Positions 53,383-61,602 of a DNA stretch of 64,000 nt are shown one piece after another (positions within the stretch are counted from its first letter, which is position 1; every line of letters starts with the position of its first letter). The notes beneath the pieces were generated by a model that searched no databases, was not told the DNA's origin, and saw only the letters and a program-made list of their open reading frames with translations. Position numbers and translations under genes: made by a program. Origin of the DNA: Lucifera butyrica. GTDB lineage: Bacteria > Bacillota > Negativicutes > Sporomusales > UPPP01. The stretch is from the NCBI RefSeq assembly GCF_900476375.1, contig NZ_UPPP01000062.1, positions 8,651 through 72,650 of the forward strand, read 5' to 3'.

Positions 53383-54090
53383 GTGCAGGTTCATGTTTGT
53401 TTTACTCCCGGCGAATATCCGGGATGCGGAGAAAGGCATATTGCCGTTGTGATTGATGTGTTTAGGGCTACCAGTTCTATGGCAGCGGCTATGTTTCATG
53501 GCTGTAAGATGATTTGCCCCGTGCGGACGGTGGAAGAAGCGCTGCAATTGCGACAGAACGAATATCCGGCGGCGCTTCTGGCCGGGGAGAGAAAGGGACT
53601 GCTTATTCCCGGCTTTGATCTGGGCAATTCTCCGCTAGAATATACTGCCGCTGTTGTCGACGGCAGGGAAATCATTATGACAACAACGAATGGAACGCAG
53701 GCGCTGAATCATGTTTCGCAAGCTGCAACCGTATATACCGCCGCGTTCGTAAACGCGGCGGCCGTGTGCGAACGCTTGCGAAATGCGGCAACCGATGTGA
53801 TGGTCCTGTGTTCCGGTACGGAAGGAAGATTTGCGTTGGAGGATGCGCTGTGCGCCGGGCTGATTGCCGGGCGGCTGGCTGAAAATGCGGTTCTAAGCGA
53901 TACGGCAGTAGCGGCGTTGGCAATGTACCGGGATTTTTGCTGCTCCGGCAACATGATACCCCGGGTTGCGGCCTCGTCCCACGCCAGCTATTTGCGGCAA
54001 ATCGGCTATTCTCAGGATGTAGCCTATTGTTTGCAACACGATATCTATCCGGTGGTACCGGTGTTTACTCAAGGAAAGGTCACCCTATGA
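53383..54090 (+). CDS. 2-phosphosulfolactate phosphatase (ComB) family protein
   Basis: VVIDVFRATSSMAAAM block typical of the ComB family. About 235 aa. Confidence 0.6.
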   Translation: MQVHVCFTPGEYPGCGERHIAVVIDVFRATSSMAAAMFHGCKMICPVRTVEEALQLRQNEYPAALLAGERKGLLIPGFDLGNSPLEYTAAVVDGREIIMTTTNGTQALNHVSQAATVYTAAFVNAAAVCERLRNAATDVMVLCSGTEGRFALEDALCAGLIAGRLAENAVLSDTAVAALAMYRDFCCSGNMIPRVAASSHASYLRQIGYSQDVAYCLQHDIYPVVPVFTQGKVTL

Positions 54091-54094
54091 TTAA

Positions 54095-54122
54095 GAAAGA
54101 CCGCTTAGGACGGTCTTTTAGT
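54095..54122 (+). terminator. rho-independent terminator
   Basis: AAAGACCGcttaggaCGGTCTTTT. Confidence 0.7.
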
Positions 54123-54284
54123 AATTGGAAATTGGATTTTTGATTTTGGAAAAAGAGACTGCGATTCCATCTTTTCCTAATTGCCAATTACCGAAAAACC
54201 GTGCCAGCGGTTTTTCTTTAATTTTCCGTTTTTATTATGTAAACTTTATGGTACAATGGGTACTATCCTTGCGAAAGGGGAGAC

Positions 54285-55010
54285 ATGATGAAAAAGATAG
54301 CAATGGTAGTATTGACGGCTGTAATGCTGGGCACTGGATATCCGTTGACTTCTCTGGCCCATGCCGCCTCTTTGGAAAGCACACTCTCCGAACTTGCCGG
54401 TCAGAATCAGACTGCGAGCCGGATTCAGGGTTTATTGAATTGGAAAAACAATTTGAATTCGGTTAACCGGAATGTTATTATTGGTGCAATCACGCAGGCT
54501 GCTTTGGATAAAGCCGCTCAAGCCGGTTTGAATACCGCCGTGCTGAGTGGGGCCGATGGGATCAGCGTGAATGCATTGCGCCGGCAAATCAGTCAGGAAG
54601 TTATAAACCGCATGGAAAAATACCAAAAAGATTCGCCGGTAATCAGTATGTTGCTGAATGCTGCTTTAAATCCGCAGGCTGCCCTGAACAATAATTCCTT
54701 ATTGGGGGCGCCGCAAAATTATAAGCGTGTCCTGAATATGCAGGCGACTGCCTATGGACCGGGGGCTCCCGACAACGGAAAATGGGGTAACCAAAACTAT
54801 GTGGGAGGAACGGTACACAAAGGGATTGCGGCCGTAGACCCGCGCATTATCCCCATGGGGACCCGGTTGTGGATAGAAGGTTACGGCGAGGCGGTTGCCG
54901 ATGACCAGGGCGGCGCGATAAAAGGAAACCGTATTGACCTGGCTTTTAATTCGCGGCAGGAGGCAAACGATTACGGAATCAAAAATGTAAAAGTATATGT
55001 GCTCAATTAA
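54285..55010 (+). CDS. secreted 3D-domain protein (YuiC/YabE-like cell-wall remodelling protein)
   Basis: Signal peptide. C-terminal 3D domain with conserved Asp triad context (AVDPRIIPMGTRL...DDQGGAIKGNRIDLAF). Confidence 0.8.
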   Translation: MMKKIAMVVLTAVMLGTGYPLTSLAHAASLESTLSELAGQNQTASRIQGLLNWKNNLNSVNRNVIIGAITQAALDKAAQAGLNTAVLSGADGISVNALRRQISQEVINRMEKYQKDSPVISMLLNAALNPQAALNNNSLLGAPQNYKRVLNMQATAYGPGAPDNGKWGNQNYVGGTVHKGIAAVDPRIIPMGTRLWIEGYGEAVADDQGGAIKGNRIDLAFNSRQEANDYGIKNVKVYVLN

Positions 55011-55011
55011 C

Positions 55012-55040
55012 CGGACCGGCTTCGGCCGGTTTTTTTTTAT
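55012..55040 (+). terminator. rho-independent terminator
   Basis: CCGGCttcgGCCGG followed by TTTTTTTTT. Confidence 0.8.
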
Positions 55041-55050
55041 GTAGACCGCG

Positions 55051-56277
55051 CTAGCGGTCTTTCCCATCCAGTTCCTGCAAAATGTTTTGTTTTGCCTGGG
55101 ACAAGGCGATATCCACCCGGTCTGTTTGAAGACCGCCTCCTTGGGCGGAGCGGGCATTGCCGCCGCCTTTGCCGCCGATTAACGGCAAAACGGATTTGAG
55201 ATGGGTTCCCATATTCACCGCTATTTCATCGGAACAGGCAAAAACAAGATGACACTTGTTCTGTTCCGGATTGATACCGCCTACCAGGGCGATTGTGTGG
55301 GGAAACGATGCCAATTGCTTAGCCAGTTCGGCTGTTTCCGACGGTGTGGCCGTCGTGAGTATATGGGAGATAAGATGAATTCCGGCTGCGGCGGGCGACT
55401 GCTGCAATAAATTCGCTGCCAGAATCCGGGTGAATTCCTCTTTGACAGCGGCAAGCTGTTTCATTGTCTCTTCCAGTTTGGCCGCTTGTTTTTCTATAGC
55501 TTGTACGAGGCCGTTAACTGGAGTGGACAAGAGGCTGGACAATTGCTGAACCAAAAGGTTTTTTTGCTGAAAATCCCCTAGGGCGCGTTGACCACAGACA
55601 AAATCAACACGGATGGCGTTATTTTTTCGTTCCCAGGAGCGAATTTTGATAAGTCCGATTTCGCCTGTGGCCTGGACGTGAGTACCGCCGCATGGGCAGC
55701 AATCCAGGTTTTCAATGTCTACCAGACGGATGCGGAAATATTCCTTGGCTATCTGTTTCCGCAGAGGAAATTGCTCCAGCCTGTCCGGTGTAATCTCCTG
55801 ACTGCGTACCGGTTTATTAGCATAAATCATTTCGTTGGCCAGTTTTTCAGCCGCGGCAATCTCTTCCGCCGTAATTTTATCCAAAGCCAAATCAATTTGA
55901 GTGGATTCGGTTCCCAAATGAAAACCAATATTTTCCGCCTCATATAGTTGCTGAAATACGGCCGATAAAACGTGTTCGCCGCTATGCTGCTGCATGTGGT
56001 CAAAGCGGCGGTCCCAGTTGATTTGGCCCTTAAGGGTTCCCTGACCGGGGCATTCCGGCATAATATGGACGATTTCATCTTGCTCCTGCCGTACCGCCGT
56101 AACAGGAATCCGGTTGATAAAGCCGGTGTCGCATGGCTGGCCGCCGCCTTCCGGATAGAATGCAGTCCGGTCCAGTACGACCTTCCATTGCCCGTCGGGC
56201 ATGGGAGTGCATTTTATTACGGCAGCCGAAAATTCATGTACATAAGAGTCCTGATAATAAAGTTTTTCAGTATACAT
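55051..56277 (-). CDS. AlaX-L type alanyl-tRNA editing protein (AlaRS editing domain plus DHHA1)
   Basis: HSGEHVL ... CCPCGGTHV zinc/editing motifs and C-terminal GGKGGG(N)ARSAQGGG DHHA1 motif. Confidence 0.8.
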   Translation of the reverse strand: MYTEKLYYQDSYVHEFSAAVIKCTPMPDGQWKVVLDRTAFYPEGGGQPCDTGFINRIPVTAVRQEQDEIVHIMPECPGQGTLKGQINWDRRFDHMQQHSGEHVLSAVFQQLYEAENIGFHLGTESTQIDLALDKITAEEIAAAEKLANEMIYANKPVRSQEITPDRLEQFPLRKQIAKEYFRIRLVDIENLDCCPCGGTHVQATGEIGLIKIRSWERKNNAIRVDFVCGQRALGDFQQKNLLVQQLSSLLSTPVNGLVQAIEKQAAKLEETMKQLAAVKEEFTRILAANLLQQSPAAAGIHLISHILTTATPSETAELAKQLASFPHTIALVGGINPEQNKCHLVFACSDEIAVNMGTHLKSVLPLIGGKGGGNARSAQGGGLQTDRVDIALSQAKQNILQELDGKDR

Positions 56278-56439
56278 AATATACTCCCTTCAACAGCTCA
56301 ATTACTACAATATATATTATAGTCCCTAAAAATACTTCGGGCAAAATATACCGGAAAGACCCAAAGGGCTATACATTTCGATCCCATAAAAAGAGGAAAA
56401 TTGCCGAAAGGGAATTTGTTTTGACCGCAGGGGAAATTT

Positions 56440-56580
56440 ATAGTAAAATTAAAATGCCGAATCCATATAGGTACGGGGGAACCGCTAGAAAAACAGGGGT
56501 AAATCCGCATTGCGGAGGGGTTGTTTCTCTTTTCTCTCTTTCGCCCTCACCCGACAGCTAACCTCGGAGGCACTCAAAAG
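56440..56580 (+). promoter_or_regulatory. c-di-AMP riboswitch (ydaO/kimA class)
   Basis: GCCGAAUCC...GGUACGGGGGAACC ... GGGGUAAAUCCGC...GGAGGGG ... CCCGACAGCUAACCUCGGAGGC, the pseudo-two-fold ydaO signature, directly upstream of a cell-wall 3D-domain gene (typical regulon member). Confidence 0.6.
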
Positions 56581-56593
56581 AGAGGTGATACAA

Positions 56594-57175
56594 TTGAAAA
56601 AGGTTTTTTTATTGGCGGCATGTATCTTTTTGCTGTCCATGAGCGCCACGGTTTACGCAGCTGCGGCGGACAAGCCGGTTCAATTTGGTATGCGCGGTGA
56701 TGAAGTAAAAACCATTCAGAAACTATTGGCCGATTCCGGTTTTTTTGCCGGCGAGATTGATGGTGTATTCGGCAATTTGACATTGCGGGCGGTGCAAAGG
56801 TTTCAGCAGGAGAACGGACTGCCTCCCGACGGTACCGTTGGGAAAGCTACGTTGGCCTATTTAGAGCGAACCGCCCAGACCCAACCATCCCGGTATAGCC
56901 GGGCCCTGACAATGACGGCGTCAGCCTACACGGCTCAGGATGCCGGCACCGGCGCTTTTACCTATGGAGGTCATCCCCTGCGCAAAGGCTTGATCGCGGT
57001 TGACCCGTCTGTGATCCCGCTTGGAACACGCCTTTATATTCCTGGTTATGGCTATGGAATTGCGGATGATATCGGTTCCTCCATAACCGGTGCACGGATT
57101 GATCTGGCATTTGAAAACCGCGGGGAAGCCTTGCAGTTTGGTGTCCAGAGAGTAACCGTATATGTATTGGACTAA
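56594..57175 (+). CDS. secreted peptidoglycan-binding (PG_binding_1) plus 3D-domain protein
   Basis: TTG start behind AGAGGTGA. Signal peptide. GDEVKTIQKLLADSGFFAGEIDGVFGNLTLRAVQRFQ PG-binding repeat. C-terminal 3D domain (AVDPSVIPLGTRL...DDIGSSITGARIDLAF). Confidence 0.8.
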   Translation: MKKVFLLAACIFLLSMSATVYAAAADKPVQFGMRGDEVKTIQKLLADSGFFAGEIDGVFGNLTLRAVQRFQQENGLPPDGTVGKATLAYLERTAQTQPSRYSRALTMTASAYTAQDAGTGAFTYGGHPLRKGLIAVDPSVIPLGTRLYIPGYGYGIADDIGSSITGARIDLAFENRGEALQFGVQRVTVYVLD

Positions 57176-57297
57176 CAGGCGGCAGCCTGTTTTTCTTTTC
57201 CTGTTGCCTGCTGAAGGATTGTATTCGCCGTATAGGAATACCGGGAAAGGGAAGTGATATCGCATGAAGAACGAACTGAACAGGCAGGAGGTACCCG

Positions 57298-57723
57298 GTG
57301 ACAACGCAAAATTCTCGGCTTACTAAACATCTTGGAGAGATTTACGACCGCAATCCGTTTGTAAAACTTCTGGACATTTCGGTGGTGAAGTTTCAAGAAG
57401 GAATGGCCGAATTGTCAATGCCAGTCATTTCCGGCAAGCATACTAATTTACATGGCTTTGCTCATGGCGGCAGCTTATTTTCCCTGGCCGATACGGCTAT
57501 GGGGGCGGCTTGTGGCAGCTTGGGAAAACGGGTGGTTACGCTTACGATGAGCATGAACTTTGTGAAAAGCGCCGGCCCCGGTGAAGTGGCGCGCAGTATC
57601 GGCAGGGTCATTCATAACGGCCGCACAACGATGGTCGTGGAGGCGGAAATTTTTGACGCTAACGAAAAACTGCTGGCAAAAGCCACGGGAACTTTCTTTG
57701 TAGTCGGCTATTTTGAACCATAA
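57298..57723 (+). CDS. PaaI-family hotdog-fold thioesterase
   Basis: HGFAHGGSLFSLADTAMGAA motif. Confidence 0.8.
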   Translation: MTTQNSRLTKHLGEIYDRNPFVKLLDISVVKFQEGMAELSMPVISGKHTNLHGFAHGGSLFSLADTAMGAACGSLGKRVVTLTMSMNFVKSAGPGEVARSIGRVIHNGRTTMVVEAEIFDANEKLLAKATGTFFVVGYFEP

Positions 57724-57823
57724 GAATACTACCCGCAGTGGTTGAGCCGGCGGGAGGCCAACAAATAATTTTCCCGCATATGGCCTGAGGCTGTGGATCC
57801 CGTTCTCCCGGACAGTGCGCCCT

Positions 57824-57985
57824 AGTGCTCTGTAAACCCTAACTCTATAGTGTTCTTGCGAGATATTTTCCGCCCTGCTTTGTTGTCGTCGGCTTACATA
57901 TTCTCGATATGCGCGCCTCCTCCGCCGTGCAGGACAAAAAATCTTTCGCAATTCATCCTACAGATTTAAGGTTAACAGAGCACTG
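57824..57985. repeat. inverted-repeat (MITE/REP-like) element, long form: arms AGTGCTCTGTAAACCCTAA / TTAAGGTTAACAGAGCACT
   Basis: Arms are near-perfect reverse complements. Related copy at 58505-58574. Confidence 0.6.
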
Positions 57986-58053
57986 GTATATAAATAGAAC
58001 GCAAGCATTATACTAGGGTTAGGCCGAAATACTGTTTAAGGGAGGGCGGGGAA

Positions 58054-58506
58054 TTGGATATGATTCCGGGTCATCTGATGCCATTAGTGCTGGCTTTGAT
58101 ATCAGGAATACTAATGGCCGTGCAGGGTACGTTTAATGCGGCATTGAGCAAGGTTATCGGTTTATTGGAGGCCACCTTTGTTGTACATATCACCGGCACG
58201 CTGCTTCTGCTGCTGGTGCTGTTTCTGCTGAAAATGGGTAAAGGCAATTTGCTTTCCTTGCCGCAGGCACCCTGGTATGCGTATTTGGGTGGTATTGTCG
58301 GTGTATTTATTATTTATCTTGTTGCTGCGAGTATTCCCACTGTAGGTGTTGCGAATGCAACAACAGCCATTATTGTGGGACAAGTATTGACTGCCCTGCT
58401 GATCGATCATTTTGGCGGATTCGGCATGGAAAAAATGGCTTTTGGTTTTAATGATTTAGCGGGTTTGGTACTCCTTACCATTGGGGCCAAATTGCTGCTG
58501 AGTTAG
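58054..58506 (+). CDS. small integral membrane protein (DUF606/YdcZ-like, DMT-superfamily half-transporter)
   Basis: 150 aa with four or five TM helices and a Gly-rich C-terminus. Confidence 0.6.
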   Translation: MDMIPGHLMPLVLALISGILMAVQGTFNAALSKVIGLLEATFVVHITGTLLLLLVLFLLKMGKGNLLSLPQAPWYAYLGGIVGVFIIYLVAASIPTVGVANATTAIIVGQVLTALLIDHFGGFGMEKMAFGFNDLAGLVLLTIGAKLLLS

Positions 58507-58574
58507 TGGTCTGTAAACCCTAATTCTATAGCCTCCCGCAATTCATCCTATAGCTTTAGAGTTTACAGACCACT
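58505..58574. repeat. inverted-repeat element, short form: arms AGTGGTCTGTAAACCCTAA / TTAGAGTTTACAGACCACT
   Basis: Starts at the stop codon of the upstream gene. Shares the arm-adjacent blocks CTATAG and CAATTCATCCTA with 57824-57985. Confidence 0.6.
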
Positions 58575-58707
58575 GGCTGCCCGGCGGCGAGGATCGTCAT
58601 TTTTTCCAAAAATGGGTTAACAAACCAGGAAGAATAAGGTATACTTAATAACATATTGTATTTATTTATTCGTTTTATGCTAAAAATCAAATATAAGGAG
58701 GAAAAGC

Positions 58708-59841
58708 ATGGATTTTAACTTTACTCCCGACCAATTAGCGCTGAAAAAAATGGCTCAGGAATTCGTTGCTAAAGAAATTACACCCTATGCCTTGGAGATG
58801 GATAAAGCAGGAGAGATCAGAGCCGGCTTATTTCAAAAATTAAATGATGCAGGTATGTTGAATTTAACCGTACCGGAAGAATATGACGGCCCCGGATTGG
58901 ATGCACTTACCATTGCGCTCATTTATGAAGAACTGGGTAAAGGTTGCGCCGGGGTGGCGACAACTACGGCAGCGAACGCATTGGCTTCCTATCCTGTTCT
59001 GGTGGCGGGGACGGAAGAACAAAAACAAAAAATGTTTTCCGTCATTAACGACGGAAAGCTGGCGGCCTTTGCGCTTACCGAACCGGGAGCGGGTTCCGAC
59101 GCCGGCGCGGTAGCCACTTCCGCTACCAAAGATGGTGATGATTATATTTTGAACGGGACGAAATGTTTTATCACCAACGGCGGTATAGCCGATATTTATG
59201 TGATCTTTGCCAATGCCAGGAAATCCGCCGGTATCCGTGGACTGACCGCTTTCCTGGTAGACCGTGGCACCCCCGGTTTTTCCTCGGGGAAAGAAGAAGA
59301 TAAAATGGGCATCCGGGCATCCAACACCTGTGAGCTGATTTTGGATAATGTCCGGGTTCCGGCTTCGCGCCGAATCGGCCGGGAAGGCGAAGGATTTAAA
59401 ATTGCCATGAAGACTCTGGATGCGGCTCGTCCCTTTGTCGGTGCCGTATCGGTCGGACTTTGCCAGGCGGCCTTTGATTTTGCCGTTAAATATTCCAAAG
59501 AACGGGAACAGTTCGGCAAACCGATTGCTTCGTTTCAATTAGTTCAGGCTATGCTGGCCGATATGGCCATGCAGATTGAAGCCGCCCGTCTTCTTGTTTA
59601 CAAAGCCTGCTGGCTGAAGGATCAGAATGTTCCTTATGGCAGGGAGTCGGCGATAGCGAAATGCTTTGCCGCCGACACGGCTATGAAAGTTACTACCGAT
59701 GCAGTGCAGGTTTTGGGCGGCTACGGGTATTCCCGCGAATATCCGGCCGAGAAGTATATGCGTGACGCTAAAATTATGCAGATTTATGAGGGAACGAACC
59801 AGATTCAGCGCTTGGTTATTGCCAACAATATTTTGTATTAA
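58708..59841 (+). CDS. acyl-CoA dehydrogenase (short-chain/butyryl-CoA type)
   Basis: ALTEPGAGSDAG and QIYEGTNQIQR motifs. 377 aa. Confidence 0.9.
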   Translation: MDFNFTPDQLALKKMAQEFVAKEITPYALEMDKAGEIRAGLFQKLNDAGMLNLTVPEEYDGPGLDALTIALIYEELGKGCAGVATTTAANALASYPVLVAGTEEQKQKMFSVINDGKLAAFALTEPGAGSDAGAVATSATKDGDDYILNGTKCFITNGGIADIYVIFANARKSAGIRGLTAFLVDRGTPGFSSGKEEDKMGIRASNTCELILDNVRVPASRRIGREGEGFKIAMKTLDAARPFVGAVSVGLCQAAFDFAVKYSKEREQFGKPIASFQLVQAMLADMAMQIEAARLLVYKACWLKDQNVPYGRESAIAKCFAADTAMKVTTDAVQVLGGYGYSREYPAEKYMRDAKIMQIYEGTNQIQRLVIANNILY

Positions 59842-60064
59842 TTGTTCTATTAGGAAAGAAAGACAGCCCGGTACCAGCGGTATCGGGCTGTTTTGACCGT
59901 AAAAGAGAATTTTTCGCATCACCCTTTGAAGGATTGTCTGTTTATAAGAACCAGAGTTTCGCCCCGGTAATTTTTGCAAAAGGATGCCATATTCTTAAAG
60001 GATTATAAGCAGTTATGATGAATTATTATGTAAAAAGTAATATTCAATAAAGGCTGGTGCTTTT

Positions 60065-60271
60065 TTGAAGAATAGTAAATGGGGAGAATCGTCGCAGGAA
60101 GATCGCACTGGAGCGAGAACCGAAGTTAAGTACTATGACAGGGAGGGGAAGTTGACAATCCGGCAAAAAGCGGTCCGGCGAATTTGTATTAAATACGATG
60201 AACAGGGAAACTATATTGAGGGCAATTTTACATTTAACCCCAAGGGGTTTTCCGAGGAAGAAAATAATTGA
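60065..60271 (+). CDS. small hypothetical protein (68 aa)
   Basis: ORF only. Weak RBS, no domain. Confidence 0.25.
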   Translation: MKNSKWGESSQEDRTGARTEVKYYDREGKLTIRQKAVRRICIKYDEQGNYIEGNFTFNPKGFSEEENN

Positions 60272-60386
60272 TGATCCTTGCATTTTCTGCAGTATTATGT
60301 TATATTATTAAAGTGCTTCATTGCTTTCGAGGAAGCATTGGGACTGACATAAAACGCTGAATGCAGAGAATACAAATCTTAATAAT

Positions 60387-60463
60387 GGGGTTATAGCTCA
60401 GTTGGTTAGAGCGCTTCGTTGACATCGAAGAGGCCAGCGGTTCGAGTCCGTTTAACCCCACCA
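60387..60463 (+). tRNA. tRNA-Val (GAC)
   Basis: Acceptor GGGGTTA/TAACCCC, anticodon loop TTGACAT, T-loop TTCGAGT, CCA encoded. Confidence 0.85.
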
Positions 60464-60553
60464 TGAAAATTGAGGGTTTGCATATTGCAGACCCTTTTAG
60501 TTTATGATTCAGCTTGGCCGGGTTGAACTGAATAAATTGAGGAGATTTTCGAT

Positions 60554-61309
60554 ATGGTTATATTTAAGAGTGAGCGGGAAATAAAAATGATGCAGGAAGC
60601 GGGTAAAATACTTGCTTCCTGCCACCAGGAAATTGCCAGAATGATTAAGCCTGGCATCAGCACCCTGGAAATCGATAAATTTGTGGAAGACTATTTGGCT
60701 AAATGGGGTGCTACCCCTGAGCAAAAGGGATATCAGGGGTACCGGTATGCTACCTGTGCGTCGGTGAATGATGAGATTTGCCATGGTTTTCCTGACAGCA
60801 AGCCGCTAAAAGACGGTGATATTGTCACAATTGATTTCGTTGTGAATTTAAATGGGGGCCTTGCCGATTCGGCCTGGACTCACCCGGTGGGAAACATTGC
60901 CGATGAGGCAAAGCACCTGCTCGAAATTGCGAAAACCTCTATGTACAAAGGAATTGAACAGGCCCGGGCCGGAAACCGGTTAGGCGATATTGGCCATGCC
61001 ATACAAACCTATGTTGAAAAGGAAGGTTTTTCGGTAGTTAGAGATTTTACAGGGCATGGCATTGGCAGGAATATGCACGAAGACCCGGCCGTGCTGAATT
61101 ACGGCGAAGCCGGCAAAGGATTAAAGTTGAGAGAAGGCATGGTTATAACCGTTGAACCTATGGTGAATGCCGGTTCGTTTCAATGCAAAATAGACCGGAA
61201 CGGATGGACCGCAAGAACTGTGGACGGCAAACTTTCCGCTCAATATGAACATACCATTGCAATTACACCTAATGGGCCGTTCATTTTAACGGAACAGAAT
61301 TTAGCTTAA
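60554..61309 (+). CDS. map: type I methionine aminopeptidase
   Basis: Metal ligands D..D..H..E..E in the pita-bread fold (DIVTIDFVV...HGIGRNMHE...EPM). Confidence 0.9.
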   Translation: MVIFKSEREIKMMQEAGKILASCHQEIARMIKPGISTLEIDKFVEDYLAKWGATPEQKGYQGYRYATCASVNDEICHGFPDSKPLKDGDIVTIDFVVNLNGGLADSAWTHPVGNIADEAKHLLEIAKTSMYKGIEQARAGNRLGDIGHAIQTYVEKEGFSVVRDFTGHGIGRNMHEDPAVLNYGEAGKGLKLREGMVITVEPMVNAGSFQCKIDRNGWTARTVDGKLSAQYEHTIAITPNGPFILTEQNLA

Positions 61310-61526
61310 AGTTCAGGTTTTCTTGTCAATAAAAAAGCTGCTTGCATCCATGAGCTGAAGGATTGTGCAGATTCTGCAGCCTGTTAAAATACGCCGTTTA
61401 AACTGCCGGTTATCAGAAAGTCAAAAGCTATGAGGTTATGCCTTATAGCTTTTTGTGCATTTTTGTAGGAATTGCTACAGACGAGATAGAATAAACTAAG
61501 ATGGCATAAAAAATAGATATTATTTC

Positions 61527-61558
61527 CCCATGGCCGGAAACATGCCCATGGGGTTTTT
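61527..61558 (+). terminator. rho-independent terminator
   Basis: CCCCATGGccggaaacatgcCCATGGGG followed by TTTTT. A second hairpin plus U-tract lies at about 61419-61455 (AAAGCTAT...ATAGCTTTTTGTG). Confidence 0.6.
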
Positions 61559-61602
61559 AACAGGTGGAATTTCTGAACCGGGTTATTCATTGGGGGGAAC
61601 AA

